A program made the translations under genes and the position numbers. A DNA stretch of 64,000 nucleotides from Lutispora sp. (lineage in GTDB: Bacteria; Bacillota; Clostridia; Lutisporales; Lutisporaceae): positions 2,521 to 66,520 of the forward strand of contig JAQUTA010000001.1 of assembly GCA_028709965.1 (NCBI GenBank), in the 5' to 3' direction. Within the stretch, counting starts at the first letter, position 1, and each line of letters opens with the position of its first letter. A model generated the notes under the pieces. It worked only from the letters and a program-made list of their open reading frames with translations. It did no database searches and was not told the origin of the DNA. Of the stretch, positions 1 through 9,461 are shown piece by piece.

Positions 1-157
1 TTGCAGCCAGCTCTGCACCTCTTACCAATTCTTCAGTACCGTGCTCGCTTCCCATTGTGGTAAGTCCTACTTTAACCTTGCTGCCGAAATTTCCAGTCAA
101 TATGGCATCAGCAACTTCGTTAAATACCTCCCCTACCATGGTTTTTATATTTTCCAT
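1..157 (-). CDS. grdD: Glycine reductase complex protein C small subunit (5' part only; runs off the window)
   Basis: Manual translation from ATG at 157: MENIKTMVGEVFNEVADAILTGNFGSKVKVGLTTMGSEHGTEELVRGAELAA; directly follows grdC. Confidence 0.85.
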   Translation of the reverse strand, partial: MENIKTMVGEVFNEVADAILTGNFGSKVKVGLTTMGSEHGTEELVRGAELAA

Positions 158-168
158 TCTATTCACCC

Positions 169-1707
169 CTACTTTCCATTAAGTAAGAATGCTGCAAATT
201 CTTTCATTGTTTCTGCTACCATTCCCTTGATCTCTTCTTTAGACACTGCTCCTATTTCTTCAACTTTTCCAGGATTCTTTTCCATAACAATTGATACTCC
301 ATCAAACAAATTGGTCATTCTGCCAAGGAAAAGGCTTCCCTTGCCGACTATCATTGCCCTATTAATCTTGCCATCCATTATCATTTCCCTTGCTGCGCCA
401 ACGAAAGGAACTCCCGATGGTATGTGACCCTGAGTAGGTGCAAAGCCAGGCATACCATGTTCTTTGATGAAAGTAGCCATATAGGTTCTATCAATATCGC
501 CTCTCTTGGCTCCTAAGGCAGCGATCATTTTATAGTTTGCCAATGGAACGTCTCCTGCCCCGGCAGGCTCTGTTATCTCAGGATTTTGCATTTCTACAGA
601 ATATTTATCTATGTCGGTTATCTTTAGACCACTTCTATCCAAAGGCTTAGTAATCAAGGATTCCATAACTGCCTGTGGGGCTGAGCCGGTGCCGACAGTA
701 TGTCTTCCAACAATATCAGTTCTAAGCACTGGGCTAACTCCATCATCCTCAGATATCAAAATAGCAAAAGCTCCTAGGCAATCTTCCAATATCGGCAAAT
801 CCTTATTTACATGGTCTCTTCCATTCATGCCAAGCTTCGCAGTAGCTCCTCCGGCAACAATTGCAACGTTTTTGTATACTCCGGATTTTACTAATGCAGC
901 AGCATTAATTAATGCATGAGTCGGAGCCGCGCAAAAGCCTCTCGTATCAGAGCCAGTAGCAGATACTGCTCCAGCAACCTCTGCGATAGCCTTAGCAAAA
1001 TTGCCTCCTCCTCTTTGATTCATATCGCCGCAAGCTTCTTCAGAACATTCTATTACATACTCTATGGAATCTGCAGGAATATTATTTACATGTATAAGGT
1101 TTTTCAGAGCTATTACCCCAGAAGCTTTTGATACTATGTTTTCTACCATAATATGAGCTGTAAGGTTTTTGTCTGAAGCATGAGCTGCTTTAACACATCC
1201 TACAAGATTTCCATTGAAATGAAGCGGTTCTGCACCTTCTGCAACCTTCTTCTCTATATCTGCAGCATCGAAGCCTTCCTTGACCTTTGCAAATTCATCT
1301 TCTGTATAATAGGGTATCTTGGACATCTTTGCCTTTGTAGAATCCGTGAAGTCTTTTTCCAACATAACTAAATCGAAAGCATCACATAGTTTCATTGCAA
1401 TATAAAACTCATCTTGTGGCACCATTGCACCCATTTTGCCTTCAACTTTTGCATCAGCTATAAGATTTTTATACCAAGGTTTGGGAATGTTGTTGAGCTC
1501 ATCTGGCAGCATATTCCCTATATAAACCTGATTTGGGGCATACTTCACTGCTTCCTCATAATTCCTCAAATGGCTTGGAACCTTTTTCAAAAACTCAGAA
1601 TTAGGATTTGCATCATGTTCTGCGGAGCAAGTAGTGCCATAATGCATAACCATGTCAGGGGTATGAACGAGTACATATGCTGCTCCTTTAACTATAGGCG
1701 TTGTCAT
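169..1707 (-). CDS. grdC: Glycine reductase complex protein C large subunit
   Basis: ECSEEACGDMNQRGGGN and GFCAAP motifs; start MTTPIVK at 1707 after a GGAGGTG RBS; grd operon context. Confidence 0.95.
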   Translation of the reverse strand: MTTPIVKGAAYVLVHTPDMVMHYGTTCSAEHDANPNSEFLKKVPSHLRNYEEAVKYAPNQVYIGNMLPDELNNIPKPWYKNLIADAKVEGKMGAMVPQDEFYIAMKLCDAFDLVMLEKDFTDSTKAKMSKIPYYTEDEFAKVKEGFDAADIEKKVAEGAEPLHFNGNLVGCVKAAHASDKNLTAHIMVENIVSKASGVIALKNLIHVNNIPADSIEYVIECSEEACGDMNQRGGGNFAKAIAEVAGAVSATGSDTRGFCAAPTHALINAAALVKSGVYKNVAIVAGGATAKLGMNGRDHVNKDLPILEDCLGAFAILISEDDGVSPVLRTDIVGRHTVGTGSAPQAVMESLITKPLDRSGLKITDIDKYSVEMQNPEITEPAGAGDVPLANYKMIAALGAKRGDIDRTYMATFIKEHGMPGFAPTQGHIPSGVPFVGAAREMIMDGKINRAMIVGKGSLFLGRMTNLFDGVSIVMEKNPGKVEEIGAVSKEEIKGMVAETMKEFAAFLLNGK

Positions 1708-1734
1708 ATTGTTACACCTCCGAATATCTTTCTT

Positions 1735-1765
1735 AAAAAAGGGTGGTATCACACCACCCTTTTTA
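1735..1765 (-). terminator. Intra-operon terminator-like hairpin between grdB and grdC
   Basis: GGGTGGT-ATCAC-ACCACCC stem flanked by A and T tracts. Confidence 0.7.
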
Positions 1766-1772
1766 TTTGTTC

Positions 1773-3077
1773 CTATTTGTCAAATACTGTCTGTCCGTCA
1801 ACTTCTGTCTCTAGTGCTTTTATTGCTTTAAGCACTATTTCTCTTCTTAGTTCTTTTTCATCTTCCTTGCTAACAGCAGGATTTCCCAATGGGTGGGGAA
1901 TTGCTATAGCAGGAACTATCCTGTTAGCACCAACTGTCAATGAAATTGGAACAACCGTACAGATGTGAACTACGGGTATTCCTGCTCTTTCAATTTCTTT
2001 TACCATCGTTGCGCCGCAACGTGTGCAGGTTCCTCACGTGGACGTGAGTATAACTGCTTGAACTCCATCTTGCACCAATTCCTTAGCAAAAGTTGAAGCA
2101 AATTTCTTCGCATTTGCAACAGAGGTTCCATTTCCTACTGTGGTATAAAAATATCTATGAAGTTTTCCTATTACTCCCTCTTTCTCAAATTCTCTCAATA
2201 CATCAACAGGGAGAACTCTGTCTGCATCCAAGTTTGCATATACAGGGTCATATCCACCGTGAGCTGTCTCATAAGTCTCCTCGGTAAGATCCATAACGCC
2301 TTCGATATCATACTTACCATATTTGGATGCACTGGAAGATTCAATTCTATCAGGGTTGTGCTTTGGAACTATACCACCTGAGGTAACCAAAGCTATCTTA
2401 GCATTCTTCATATCCAAAACAGGTTTATTTGGAGCAACTCTATCAAAATCAGGCATTGCATACTCTGTAACAAATGCTTCACCCTTTAGCTTAGCAACTA
2501 ACATATTAACAGCTCTTTTTGAACCTCTCTCTTCCCTAAATACGTTCTTTCTAACGCCTCTTGGAATATAGCCTTCTTCTGCCGGTGAACCTATTCCTTC
2601 ACCTTTTGCGAGCTTTAGACCTAGCTTCGACATGGCAGGAATCGCCTGTCTCATGCCTGTTGCAGCGTTTGCAGTTGAGGCTATATGGAGATCCTTTCTG
2701 AACATGTCTACCCCGGGGTTTTCCACATACATGCCTGATACCACTGGGATGCCTAAATTATCTTTAACAGCTTTGCATATAGAGCCACATGCAACTCCAT
2801 ATCTGCCTGCATTGAAAGCAGGTCCTGCTATGAACAAATTTGGTTCATATTTTTTAATCATTTGGAGAATTTCGGCAGTAGCCTCTTCCAGGTTTTCGTT
2901 AAAATATGAATCACCACAAATGATTGTAGCTACTATCTCTGCATCTTTCCCTAACGCTGCCTTAAGAGCCATACCTGGTCCTACTACACCTTCTCTTACT
3001 TCCGGCTTGACATCGGCTTTTTCCTCACCACCGATTCCACCGTAGAACTGATTTATATAATGAACTACTTTAATCAT
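1773..3077 (-). CDS. grdB: Glycine reductase selenoprotein B (Sec at UGA 2034-2036)
   Basis: Two in-frame ORFs joined by TGA give ILTST-U-GTCTRCGATMVKEIE, the canonical UxxCxxC motif; hairpin CGTTGC-GGC-GCAACG 12 nt after UGA. Confidence 0.95.
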
Positions 3078-3131
3078 ATTAGTAACTTCCCTCCTCTCCC
3101 ATATTTGCTCTTCCGAACACGAGGAATATTA

Positions 3132-3590
3132 TTAAAACTTAGAATACTGATCTCTTATTGTCTTTACTTCAGCACCTATGGCATCAACATCAAGAACCAT
3201 TTCCATCATGCCACATTGTTCATCATAAACATCGGCATCAACTTCTTCTTTAAGTTCAAATATATGATAAACTGCGAGTCCCAACGAGACTCCTGCTAGT
3301 GGACCTGCATAAGTAGGGTCTCCTGCTGCAACTGTTTCAGCCGCTAATCCTGCTGTTTCAGCTTCGGATGCGCCTAATACTACTACAACATTTTCCTTGC
3401 CGAATTTCTCGGAAAGTTCTAATACCCTCTTTTGATTTTCCAGATCCATTGCTCCTGCAGCCGTTCAGACAAAGCATTCTGTTGATGCAAATACCACATC
3501 AGCGCCTGCTGTCTTAACGCATTCTTCTATTGCAGGACCAGGAATTCCATCTCTATCGCCTATGATAATTACTTTTTTATCCTGTAACAT
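3132..3590 (-). CDS. grdA: Glycine reductase selenoprotein A (Sec at UGA 3465-3467)
   Basis: Read-through gives [21 protein letters not shown]...[17 protein letters not shown], the canonical CxxU motif. Confidence 0.95.
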
Positions 3591-3643
3591 GCGATTCATC
3601 CTTTCAAAATTTATTTTACATTTGTATTCCTAACATTACTTTG

Positions 3644-3678
3644 ACCTAGTGCCCAGTTCCTAGCACCCAGCACCTGAT
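3644..3678. repeat. Five degenerate 7-bp tandem repeats between grdE and grdA
   Basis: ACCTAGT GCCCAGT TCCTAGC ACCCAGC ACCTGAT. Confidence 0.55.
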
Positions 3679-3679
3679 A

Positions 3680-4966
3680 CTAATACTCCGTTGCTGATAA
3701 TTTGTTGAAACCGATCTCACTAGTGGCTCCGGTTATTACCTGAAGTTCAGCCATAATACTTCCATCTGGTCTCAAGCTTCCATCAAATCCCCCAGCTATA
3801 GTATCTGCCGGATCGAGATATCCAATTACCTTCTTCATTGACGGTAATTGGATTACTTCATTGGCATTACCTGCAGTTACAACTGCATCAGCAGTTTTAT
3901 CTGCGTCTGCCAAAGACTGAGATGCTCCATCTCTTCCAGCGTATTCATCAGTAACAAGAACTGTCTTTATTCCTTTTGCCGATATCTTTTTGCAGTTCAT
4001 CATAAGGTCAGTATCAGGGTTTCCGAAACCTTCCTCAGATATTATTACTGCATCAAGACCAAGGAATTCTGCTAATTTAGCAGTCCAATTAGAGGATCTT
4101 TCCTTGTCAGCTAGTGTAACATTCTCATTCGTAATAATTACACCTACAAAGTTATAATCTTTGCCATGTCTTTCATATAAGTCTTCAATTATAGGGTTAT
4201 TCAGATGATTATAGGTTGGGTTCTTGTCACAGGCAGAAACACAATTTCCGCTTAGTATTGCCCCATCCATAACCTCTGTTGGGTATATCAAGGTAGGAAC
4301 TATTCTTTTTGCATCTACGCCATAAACATAGGTGTCGTGAAGAAGACCCTGAGTTTGAAGCATATAAACATAAGCTACCTTTGGAAGATCAGGATATTTT
4401 TTAATACCTTCCAATATCGGTAAAGTTTCATAAATCTTCACTTCGTCAGGGTTTACATTTCTTCCTGCCTCGCCTATATAAGCGGCTGCTTTTAGACCTA
4501 CCATTCTAACTGCTTGCTCATGCTCGTGCTGCTGCAAATGCTCAGTAGGTGTGCAAACTAATACTAAATTATTAGTCTTGGAAAATGGAGTGTAGTCTGC
4601 ACCAGTACCACTCATATCAATTATGCCTTCCTGGAATCCCACAATTTTTCCTGCAGTAACAACTGCGGCACCTTTCAATACATGAGTCTTGCCTGAACCT
4701 ACTACATCAACCTTGCTGATAAATCCGGGGAATATTCCACCAGGACCTTCAACCTTTACTCTAGGTTCAATGACGTCTTTTACTGGCATAATCCTTGTTT
4801 CTTCACCGGGCTTTGCAATATCCACTTCGATGCTAACTAATCTATGGTCGCCGCCAACTGCTTCTAAAAGTTCCTTTTTGTTTACATATAACACACCATT
4901 TTCAACTTTTGTAGCCTCACCAAACTGTAAATCCTTTATGAATATGTTGCCTAACTCTAGACGCAT
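3680..4966 (-). CDS. grdE: Glycine reductase component B proprotein
   Basis: MRLELGNIFIKD start; SGNCVSACDKNPTY and EEGFGNPDTD motifs. Confidence 0.92.
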   Translation of the reverse strand: MRLELGNIFIKDLQFGEATKVENGVLYVNKKELLEAVGGDHRLVSIEVDIAKPGEETRIMPVKDVIEPRVKVEGPGGIFPGFISKVDVVGSGKTHVLKGAAVVTAGKIVGFQEGIIDMSGTGADYTPFSKTNNLVLVCTPTEHLQQHEHEQAVRMVGLKAAAYIGEAGRNVNPDEVKIYETLPILEGIKKYPDLPKVAYVYMLQTQGLLHDTYVYGVDAKRIVPTLIYPTEVMDGAILSGNCVSACDKNPTYNHLNNPIIEDLYERHGKDYNFVGVIITNENVTLADKERSSNWTAKLAEFLGLDAVIISEEGFGNPDTDLMMNCKKISAKGIKTVLVTDEYAGRDGASQSLADADKTADAVVTAGNANEVIQLPSMKKVIGYLDPADTIAGGFDGSLRPDGSIMAELQVITGATSEIGFNKLSATEY

Positions 4967-4981
4967 GAGATTCACCTCCCT

Positions 4982-5302
4982 TTATATATTTTCTTTTATT
5001 AGGTTCTCTATGGCATCAGCTGTACAATCTTCAGCACCGCTAATTTCTTTTACCTTCTCGCCGTTTTTATAAACTATGAAGGTAGGTAAACCCATTACCC
5101 TTTGACTCATAGCTAACCTTCTGTTTTCTGTGGTATTGAGCTTGCAGAATTTAATTTTATCTTTATATTGTTCTGCCAACCTTTCCACATCGGGCATCAA
5201 AGCTTTACATGGTTCACATTTGCTACCCCAGAAATCTACAATAACTGGACCAGTTGTTTGTAATACTTCTTGGTCAAAATTATCCTTGTTGAGTTCTAAC
5301 AT
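4982..5302 (-). CDS. trxA: Thioredoxin (grd-associated)
   Basis: DFWGSKCEPCKAL active site; start MLELNK after AGGAGGTG. Confidence 0.92.
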   Translation of the reverse strand: MLELNKDNFDQEVLQTTGPVIVDFWGSKCEPCKALMPDVERLAEQYKDKIKFCKLNTTENRRLAMSQRVMGLPTFIVYKNGEKVKEISGAEDCTADAIENLIKENI

Positions 5303-5315
5303 TATTTCACCTCCT

Positions 5316-6245
5316 TTAATGTCCAAAGGTTTTTTCTATGTATTTTTCAGCACCTATTGCTGCAATTGCCCCATCTGCTGCTGCAGTAATAACTTGCCTA
5401 AGCGGTGTAATCCTAACATCACCCGCTGCAAAAATACCTTCTACAGAAGTTTTCATTTCTGCATCAGTGATGATATAACCTTTTGCATCCATGTCAACTA
5501 TTCCTTTAACAAAGTCAGATATTGGCTTAGTACCAACAAATATAAATACTCCATCAGTCCTATAATCAGTAATCTCTCCGGTTTTTACATTTTTAAGCTT
5601 TACACCCTCAACTATACCATCACCATAAATTTCTTCCGGTACTGTGTCCCATATAACTTTAATCTTTTCATTTGCTAAAGCTTTCTCAGCAATAGATTTT
5701 GCTGCTCTGAATTCATCTCTTCTATGTACTATAGTAACCTTCTCTGCAAACTTAGTAAGATATATTGCTTCTTCAACTGCCGCATCTCCTCCGCCTATAA
5801 CAACAACTTCCAGCTCTGTAAAGAAATCTGCATCACAAGTTGCACAATAAGAAACACCTTTGCCCCTGAAAGTATCTTCTCCCGGTGCACCTAAATTGGT
5901 ATACTGGGCTCCGCTTGCTATAATTATTGATCTTGCCTTTAGTTCTCCATTTTTCAACTTAAGGACTTTAACCTTATCACTTAGGTCAAAACCCAAAACT
6001 TCGTCTCTAATAAATTCTGTCCCAAAAGCTTCGGCTTGATTCTTCATTCTTTCCATTAAACTAGGTCCAGTGGGATGCTCGATAGAACCTGGATAATTTT
6101 CCAATTCCTCAGTAGTTCCAGCCTGTCCTCCCCATTTGCCTTTTTCAATTATTACAGCACTCATTTTGCCCCTGGAAGCATATAAACCTGCAGAAAATCC
6201 TGCTGGTCCTCCTCCGATTATAGCAACATCATAAGTTTTATCCAT
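5316..6245 (-). CDS. trxB: Thioredoxin-disulfide reductase
   Basis: GGGPAG, SYCATCD, GGGDAA, HRRD and FAAGD motifs. Confidence 0.96.
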   Translation of the reverse strand: MDKTYDVAIIGGGPAGFSAGLYASRGKMSAVIIEKGKWGGQAGTTEELENYPGSIEHPTGPSLMERMKNQAEAFGTEFIRDEVLGFDLSDKVKVLKLKNGELKARSIIIASGAQYTNLGAPGEDTFRGKGVSYCATCDADFFTELEVVVIGGGDAAVEEAIYLTKFAEKVTIVHRRDEFRAAKSIAEKALANEKIKVIWDTVPEEIYGDGIVEGVKLKNVKTGEITDYRTDGVFIFVGTKPISDFVKGIVDMDAKGYIITDAEMKTSVEGIFAAGDVRITPLRQVITAAADGAIAAIGAEKYIEKTFGH

Positions 6246-6314
6246 TATTCTACCCCTTTCAAAATTTTCATATGTATATCATTGGATTTGATTGTCGTAT
6301 CTATTCATAAAATA

Positions 6315-6716
6315 TCAACAATTTACACCTATACTTGACAATGCGCTCTCCAGAAGCTTCATATCTAAAAATTTGAAATCATCTAGTACTCTAGGAGTCC
6401 AATCTGGGGTAAGCTTGTCTCGGAGCAGCTTTTTGCAGCTTTCTATGCTGGATTCAATTATGGAGAGAGATTGAAAATCTAAGGGTCCTTTTTTGTCTTC
6501 CAATATTATGCTTCTATAAGGCGTCTCGTTGGGCTTAACGCTACCCATAAGGGGATGTGAAACAAGAACGCTCCCACCATGAATTTTATCCCTTGCACCA
6601 TGCAAAACATCAATGAATCCACCATCAATGAACGTAATTTTTAATATGCCGTTAAATTTATCACAAATTACACCATTGTTAGTAAGGATTTCAATATTTC
6701 TTATCAGGTTTATCAC
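6315..6716 (-). CDS. grdX: GrdX family protein (start uncertain: GTG 6716 or CTG 6707)
   Basis: ILTNN...HPLMGSVKPNETPYRSI motif; first gene of the grd operon. Confidence 0.88.
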   Translation of the reverse strand: MINLIRNIEILTNNGVICDKFNGILKITFIDGGFIDVLHGARDKIHGGSVLVSHPLMGSVKPNETPYRSIILEDKKGPLDFQSLSIIESSIESCKKLLRDKLTPDWTPRVLDDFKFLDMKLLESALSSIGVNC

Positions 6717-6821
6717 CTCTCTATAACTATACTTAGCTAGGAAATACTTTTTTATTATTATTTTATCGGGTAACCTTTTTTGATGACGTTCTTCGTGAAT
6801 TGCTACTGATTCTCTTATGCT

Positions 6822-6856
6822 AACAAAAAGAGATAGAAGCATTAGCCTCTATCTCT
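6822..6856 (-). terminator. Riboswitch-controlled intrinsic terminator
   Basis: AGAGATAGAGGC-TAAT-GCTTCTATCTCT-TTTT on the minus strand; its 5' arm overlaps the 3' P1 strand of aptamer 2. Confidence 0.88.
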
Positions 6857-7030
6857 GTCATTAACCTGAGAGATTCTTCTACGATAATAGAATTGCTCCT
6901 TCGGTGCATATGCTTTCCAGAGTTATGTCCGATTGCGGTCCTTTTGCCTGAGAGTTTCATTTAACGGGCTTTTCCGTACTTACTCCTTCGGCTCCCATTA
7001 TAATGGGCATCTCCCGCGAATCATCATCCA
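6852..7030 (-). promoter_or_regulatory. Tandem glycine riboswitch
   Basis: Aptamer 1 GCGGGAGA..GCCGAAGG..CTCTCAGGCAAAAGGACCGC; aptamer 2 CTCTGGAAAG..CACCGAAGG..CTCTCAGG..GACAGAG; GGATGA leader. Confidence 0.95.
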
Positions 7031-7090
7031 TGCTTTATGAAGTTCTATTAGAAAATATTTATTTTTCCTATAAATATTTTCTATACTTCT

Positions 7091-7119
7091 ACTATATACA
7101 ATTTGTGTTATCTATTCAA
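7091..7119 (-). promoter_or_regulatory. SigA-type promoter of the grd leader
   Basis: TTGAAT-17 nt-TATAGT on the minus strand. Confidence 0.65.
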
Positions 7120-7191
7120 GCTTTATTTAGTTGTTTTAAATATTTTTTTATAATGCATAGGAAAGTATAAATTTCTTTAATAGAAGCCTTT

Positions 7192-8031
7192 TTATAGATA
7201 GTGAATAACCACTGTCCCCGGTCCACAATATACGCCTATTACGCAGCCTATTTCAAATTCTTCCACTTCATGTTTCCCATAGGCTTCTTCAATTACATCT
7301 TCAAATTCCCTTAAATTCTCTTGATTATCTGCATGACCGATTTTTACCTTCTGGTTCTTTATATCAACACCTTGCTCCTGCATTATTTCTACAATTCGCT
7401 TTAAGGCTTTCTTCATACCTCTAGCTTTATCAATTGCAACAATCTTACCATTATCAACAGTCAATATGGGCTTTAAATTCAAAAGTGTTCCTATGGTAGC
7501 CTTTGTAGCTGAAAGTCTACCCCCTCTTCTTAAATATTCAAGGGTATCTACCACAAATAAAGTTTTTACATTATCTATCAAGTAATTTATTCTACTTATT
7601 ATTTCCTCTTTTGATTTTCCCTCTTCTGCCATTTTTGCTGCTTCTAATACCATCTGTCCAAAACCATATGTATAATTTCTGGTATCTATGACCGTTATCC
7701 TATCCTCACTAACCATTTCTCTAGCAATCATTGCAGAATTATAAGTACCACTTGCGTCAGATGACAAATGTATTGATATTATCTCATCATAATCCTTAAG
7801 AAAGTTTTCATATTTTTCTTTGAAACTGTTTGGATTAACCTGAGAAGTTGTAGGTAATTTCTCCGAATTTCTCATTCTTTCAAAGAAAACTTTGGGAGCG
7901 ATGTCTAACCAATCTTTATATTCGTCTTTATCAAAAAATATTGTGAGAGGTAAAACTTCAATATCATAAGCCTTAGCTATGCCTTTTGGCAAATCTGAGG
8001 TGCTGTCAGTAATTATCTTTATCTTACTCAT
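7192..8031 (-). CDS. DegV/FakB family fatty acid-binding protein
   Basis: ITDSTSDL, TTSQ, SGTYNS and LRRGGR motifs. Confidence 0.93.
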   Translation of the reverse strand: MSKIKIITDSTSDLPKGIAKAYDIEVLPLTIFFDKDEYKDWLDIAPKVFFERMRNSEKLPTTSQVNPNSFKEKYENFLKDYDEIISIHLSSDASGTYNSAMIAREMVSEDRITVIDTRNYTYGFGQMVLEAAKMAEEGKSKEEIISRINYLIDNVKTLFVVDTLEYLRRGGRLSATKATIGTLLNLKPILTVDNGKIVAIDKARGMKKALKRIVEIMQEQGVDIKNQKVKIGHADNQENLREFEDVIEEAYGKHEVEEFEIGCVIGVYCGPGTVVIHYL

Positions 8032-8044
8032 ACTCTACTCTCCT

Positions 8045-8884
8045 CTATAATTCAAAATGTAGCGCTACACAACCTGGGCCGGCATGAGTTCCTATTACCG
8101 ATCCCACCTCTCCTCTTATAATTTCTTTCGGTTTATATAACTTATTAATTGTCTCTTCAACATATTCCGCATACTCAGGACATATGGTGTGATTTATGCC
8201 AACTACCTTATTATCAAGCGTCCAACCGTTATTCTTTATTGTGTTCATCATAATAGCTATGGCTTTTTTTACTCCCCTAGTTTTCTCCATCATCTCCAAT
8301 TTGCCATCTATAACCGTTATAAGAGGTTTAATATTTAAAATTGAACCTAGCACAGAAACAGAAAGAGATATTCGTCCTCCTTTATATAAATATTTCAAAC
8401 TGCCTATAACAAAATATTGCTTCATATTGTTTTTTGCTTCCTCAATAGCTTTTACAATATCTTCGACAGATTTGCCCTCGTCTGCCAACCGCGCAGCTTT
8501 AATGACCAATAATCCTGCCCCTAGGGTCACTGCTTTTGAATCTATAACATATATATTATGGCTTTCTAAATTATTTTTAGCAATAACTGCAGAATTATAG
8601 GTTCCACTGAGTTCTGAGGAGCCAAGAATTGCAACGACGGTGTTATTCCTCTTCAATTCTTCCTTGAACACACTTTCAAATTTCGGAGGATTTATCTGGG
8701 ATGTTTTTGGCAATTCCTCGGAATCCTCCAACTTCCTAAAAAACTCATCTGCCGTAATATCTATACCATCTCTATAGGATTCTTCGCCAAAATTCACTGT
8801 CAATGGTAAAACTCTGATATTATACTTTTCTACAAACTCGTTAGGTACGTCACACAAAGTATCTGTCAAAATTGTAATAGCCAC
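8045..8884 (-). CDS. DegV/FakB family fatty acid-binding protein
   Basis: KTSQ, LSGTYNS, LYKGGR and HAGPG motifs. Confidence 0.93.
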   Translation of the reverse strand: MAITILTDTLCDVPNEFVEKYNIRVLPLTVNFGEESYRDGIDITADEFFRKLEDSEELPKTSQINPPKFESVFKEELKRNNTVVAILGSSELSGTYNSAVIAKNNLESHNIYVIDSKAVTLGAGLLVIKAARLADEGKSVEDIVKAIEEAKNNMKQYFVIGSLKYLYKGGRISLSVSVLGSILNIKPLITVIDGKLEMMEKTRGVKKAIAIMMNTIKNNGWTLDNKVVGINHTICPEYAEYVEETINKLYKPKEIIRGEVGSVIGTHAGPGCVALHFEL

Positions 8885-8908
8885 GTATAATTCCTCCTAA
8901 ACCCTTTG

Positions 8909-9373
8909 TTATATCATATTCGGAAATCTGATTTGCCTCAATGCCTCATAAACTACTATAGCAACAGAGTTTGACAAATTCAATGATCGAGCCTCATCAA
9001 TCATAGGAACTCGTATACACTTGTCCGGGTTTTCTAATAACAAGTTTTTGGGAAGCCCCGCTGTTTCTTTGCCAAATAGTATAAAGCAATCATTTTGGTA
9101 TTTTGCTTCAGTATATATGTTTTTTCCTTTAGTAGTAGAAAAGAAAAACTTGCCATCCCTATAAGTATCGAAAAAAGCATTTAGGTTGTCATGGTATCTA
9201 ATTTCTACCAAACTCCAATAGTCTAATCCTGCTCGTTTCAAATACTTGTCTTCAACAGAAAAGCCTAAAGGTTTTATAAGATGAAGCTTGCAGCCTGTTG
9301 CTGCACAGGTTCTTGCAATATTGCCAGTGTTTTGGGGTATCTCAGGTTCTACAAGAACGATATTTATCGCCAA
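8909..9373 (-). CDS. trmL: tRNA (cytidine/uridine-2'-O)-methyltransferase, SpoU family
   Basis: PEIPQNTGNIAR, RAGLDYW, FGKETAGL and RSLNLSN motifs; start TTG 9373 or ATG 9382. Confidence 0.92.
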   Translation of the reverse strand: MAINIVLVEPEIPQNTGNIARTCAATGCKLHLIKPLGFSVEDKYLKRAGLDYWSLVEIRYHDNLNAFFDTYRDGKFFFSTTKGKNIYTEAKYQNDCFILFGKETAGLPKNLLLENPDKCIRVPMIDEARSLNLSNSVAIVVYEALRQIRFPNMI

Positions 9374-9411
9374 GTTTAACATCTCCTATATAAGTATATA
9401 TATATAATACG

Positions 9412-9451
9412 AAAAAAAATCGGAAAGTGCAATTGCACCTTCCGATTTTTT
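9412..9451. terminator. Terminator hairpin after the nucleotidase gene
   Basis: AAAAATCGGAAAGTGC-AATT-GCACCTTCCGATTTTT. Confidence 0.8.
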
Positions 9452-9461
9452 AATCATTCCT

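Noticed and set aside
1773-3590. grdA and grdB as split pseudogenes
   Set aside because: The stops are in-frame TGA at the canonical Sec positions
6717-6842. N-terminal extension of the 175-aa GrdX ORF
   Set aside because: It overlaps the riboswitch terminator; the RBS and family similarity begin near 6716
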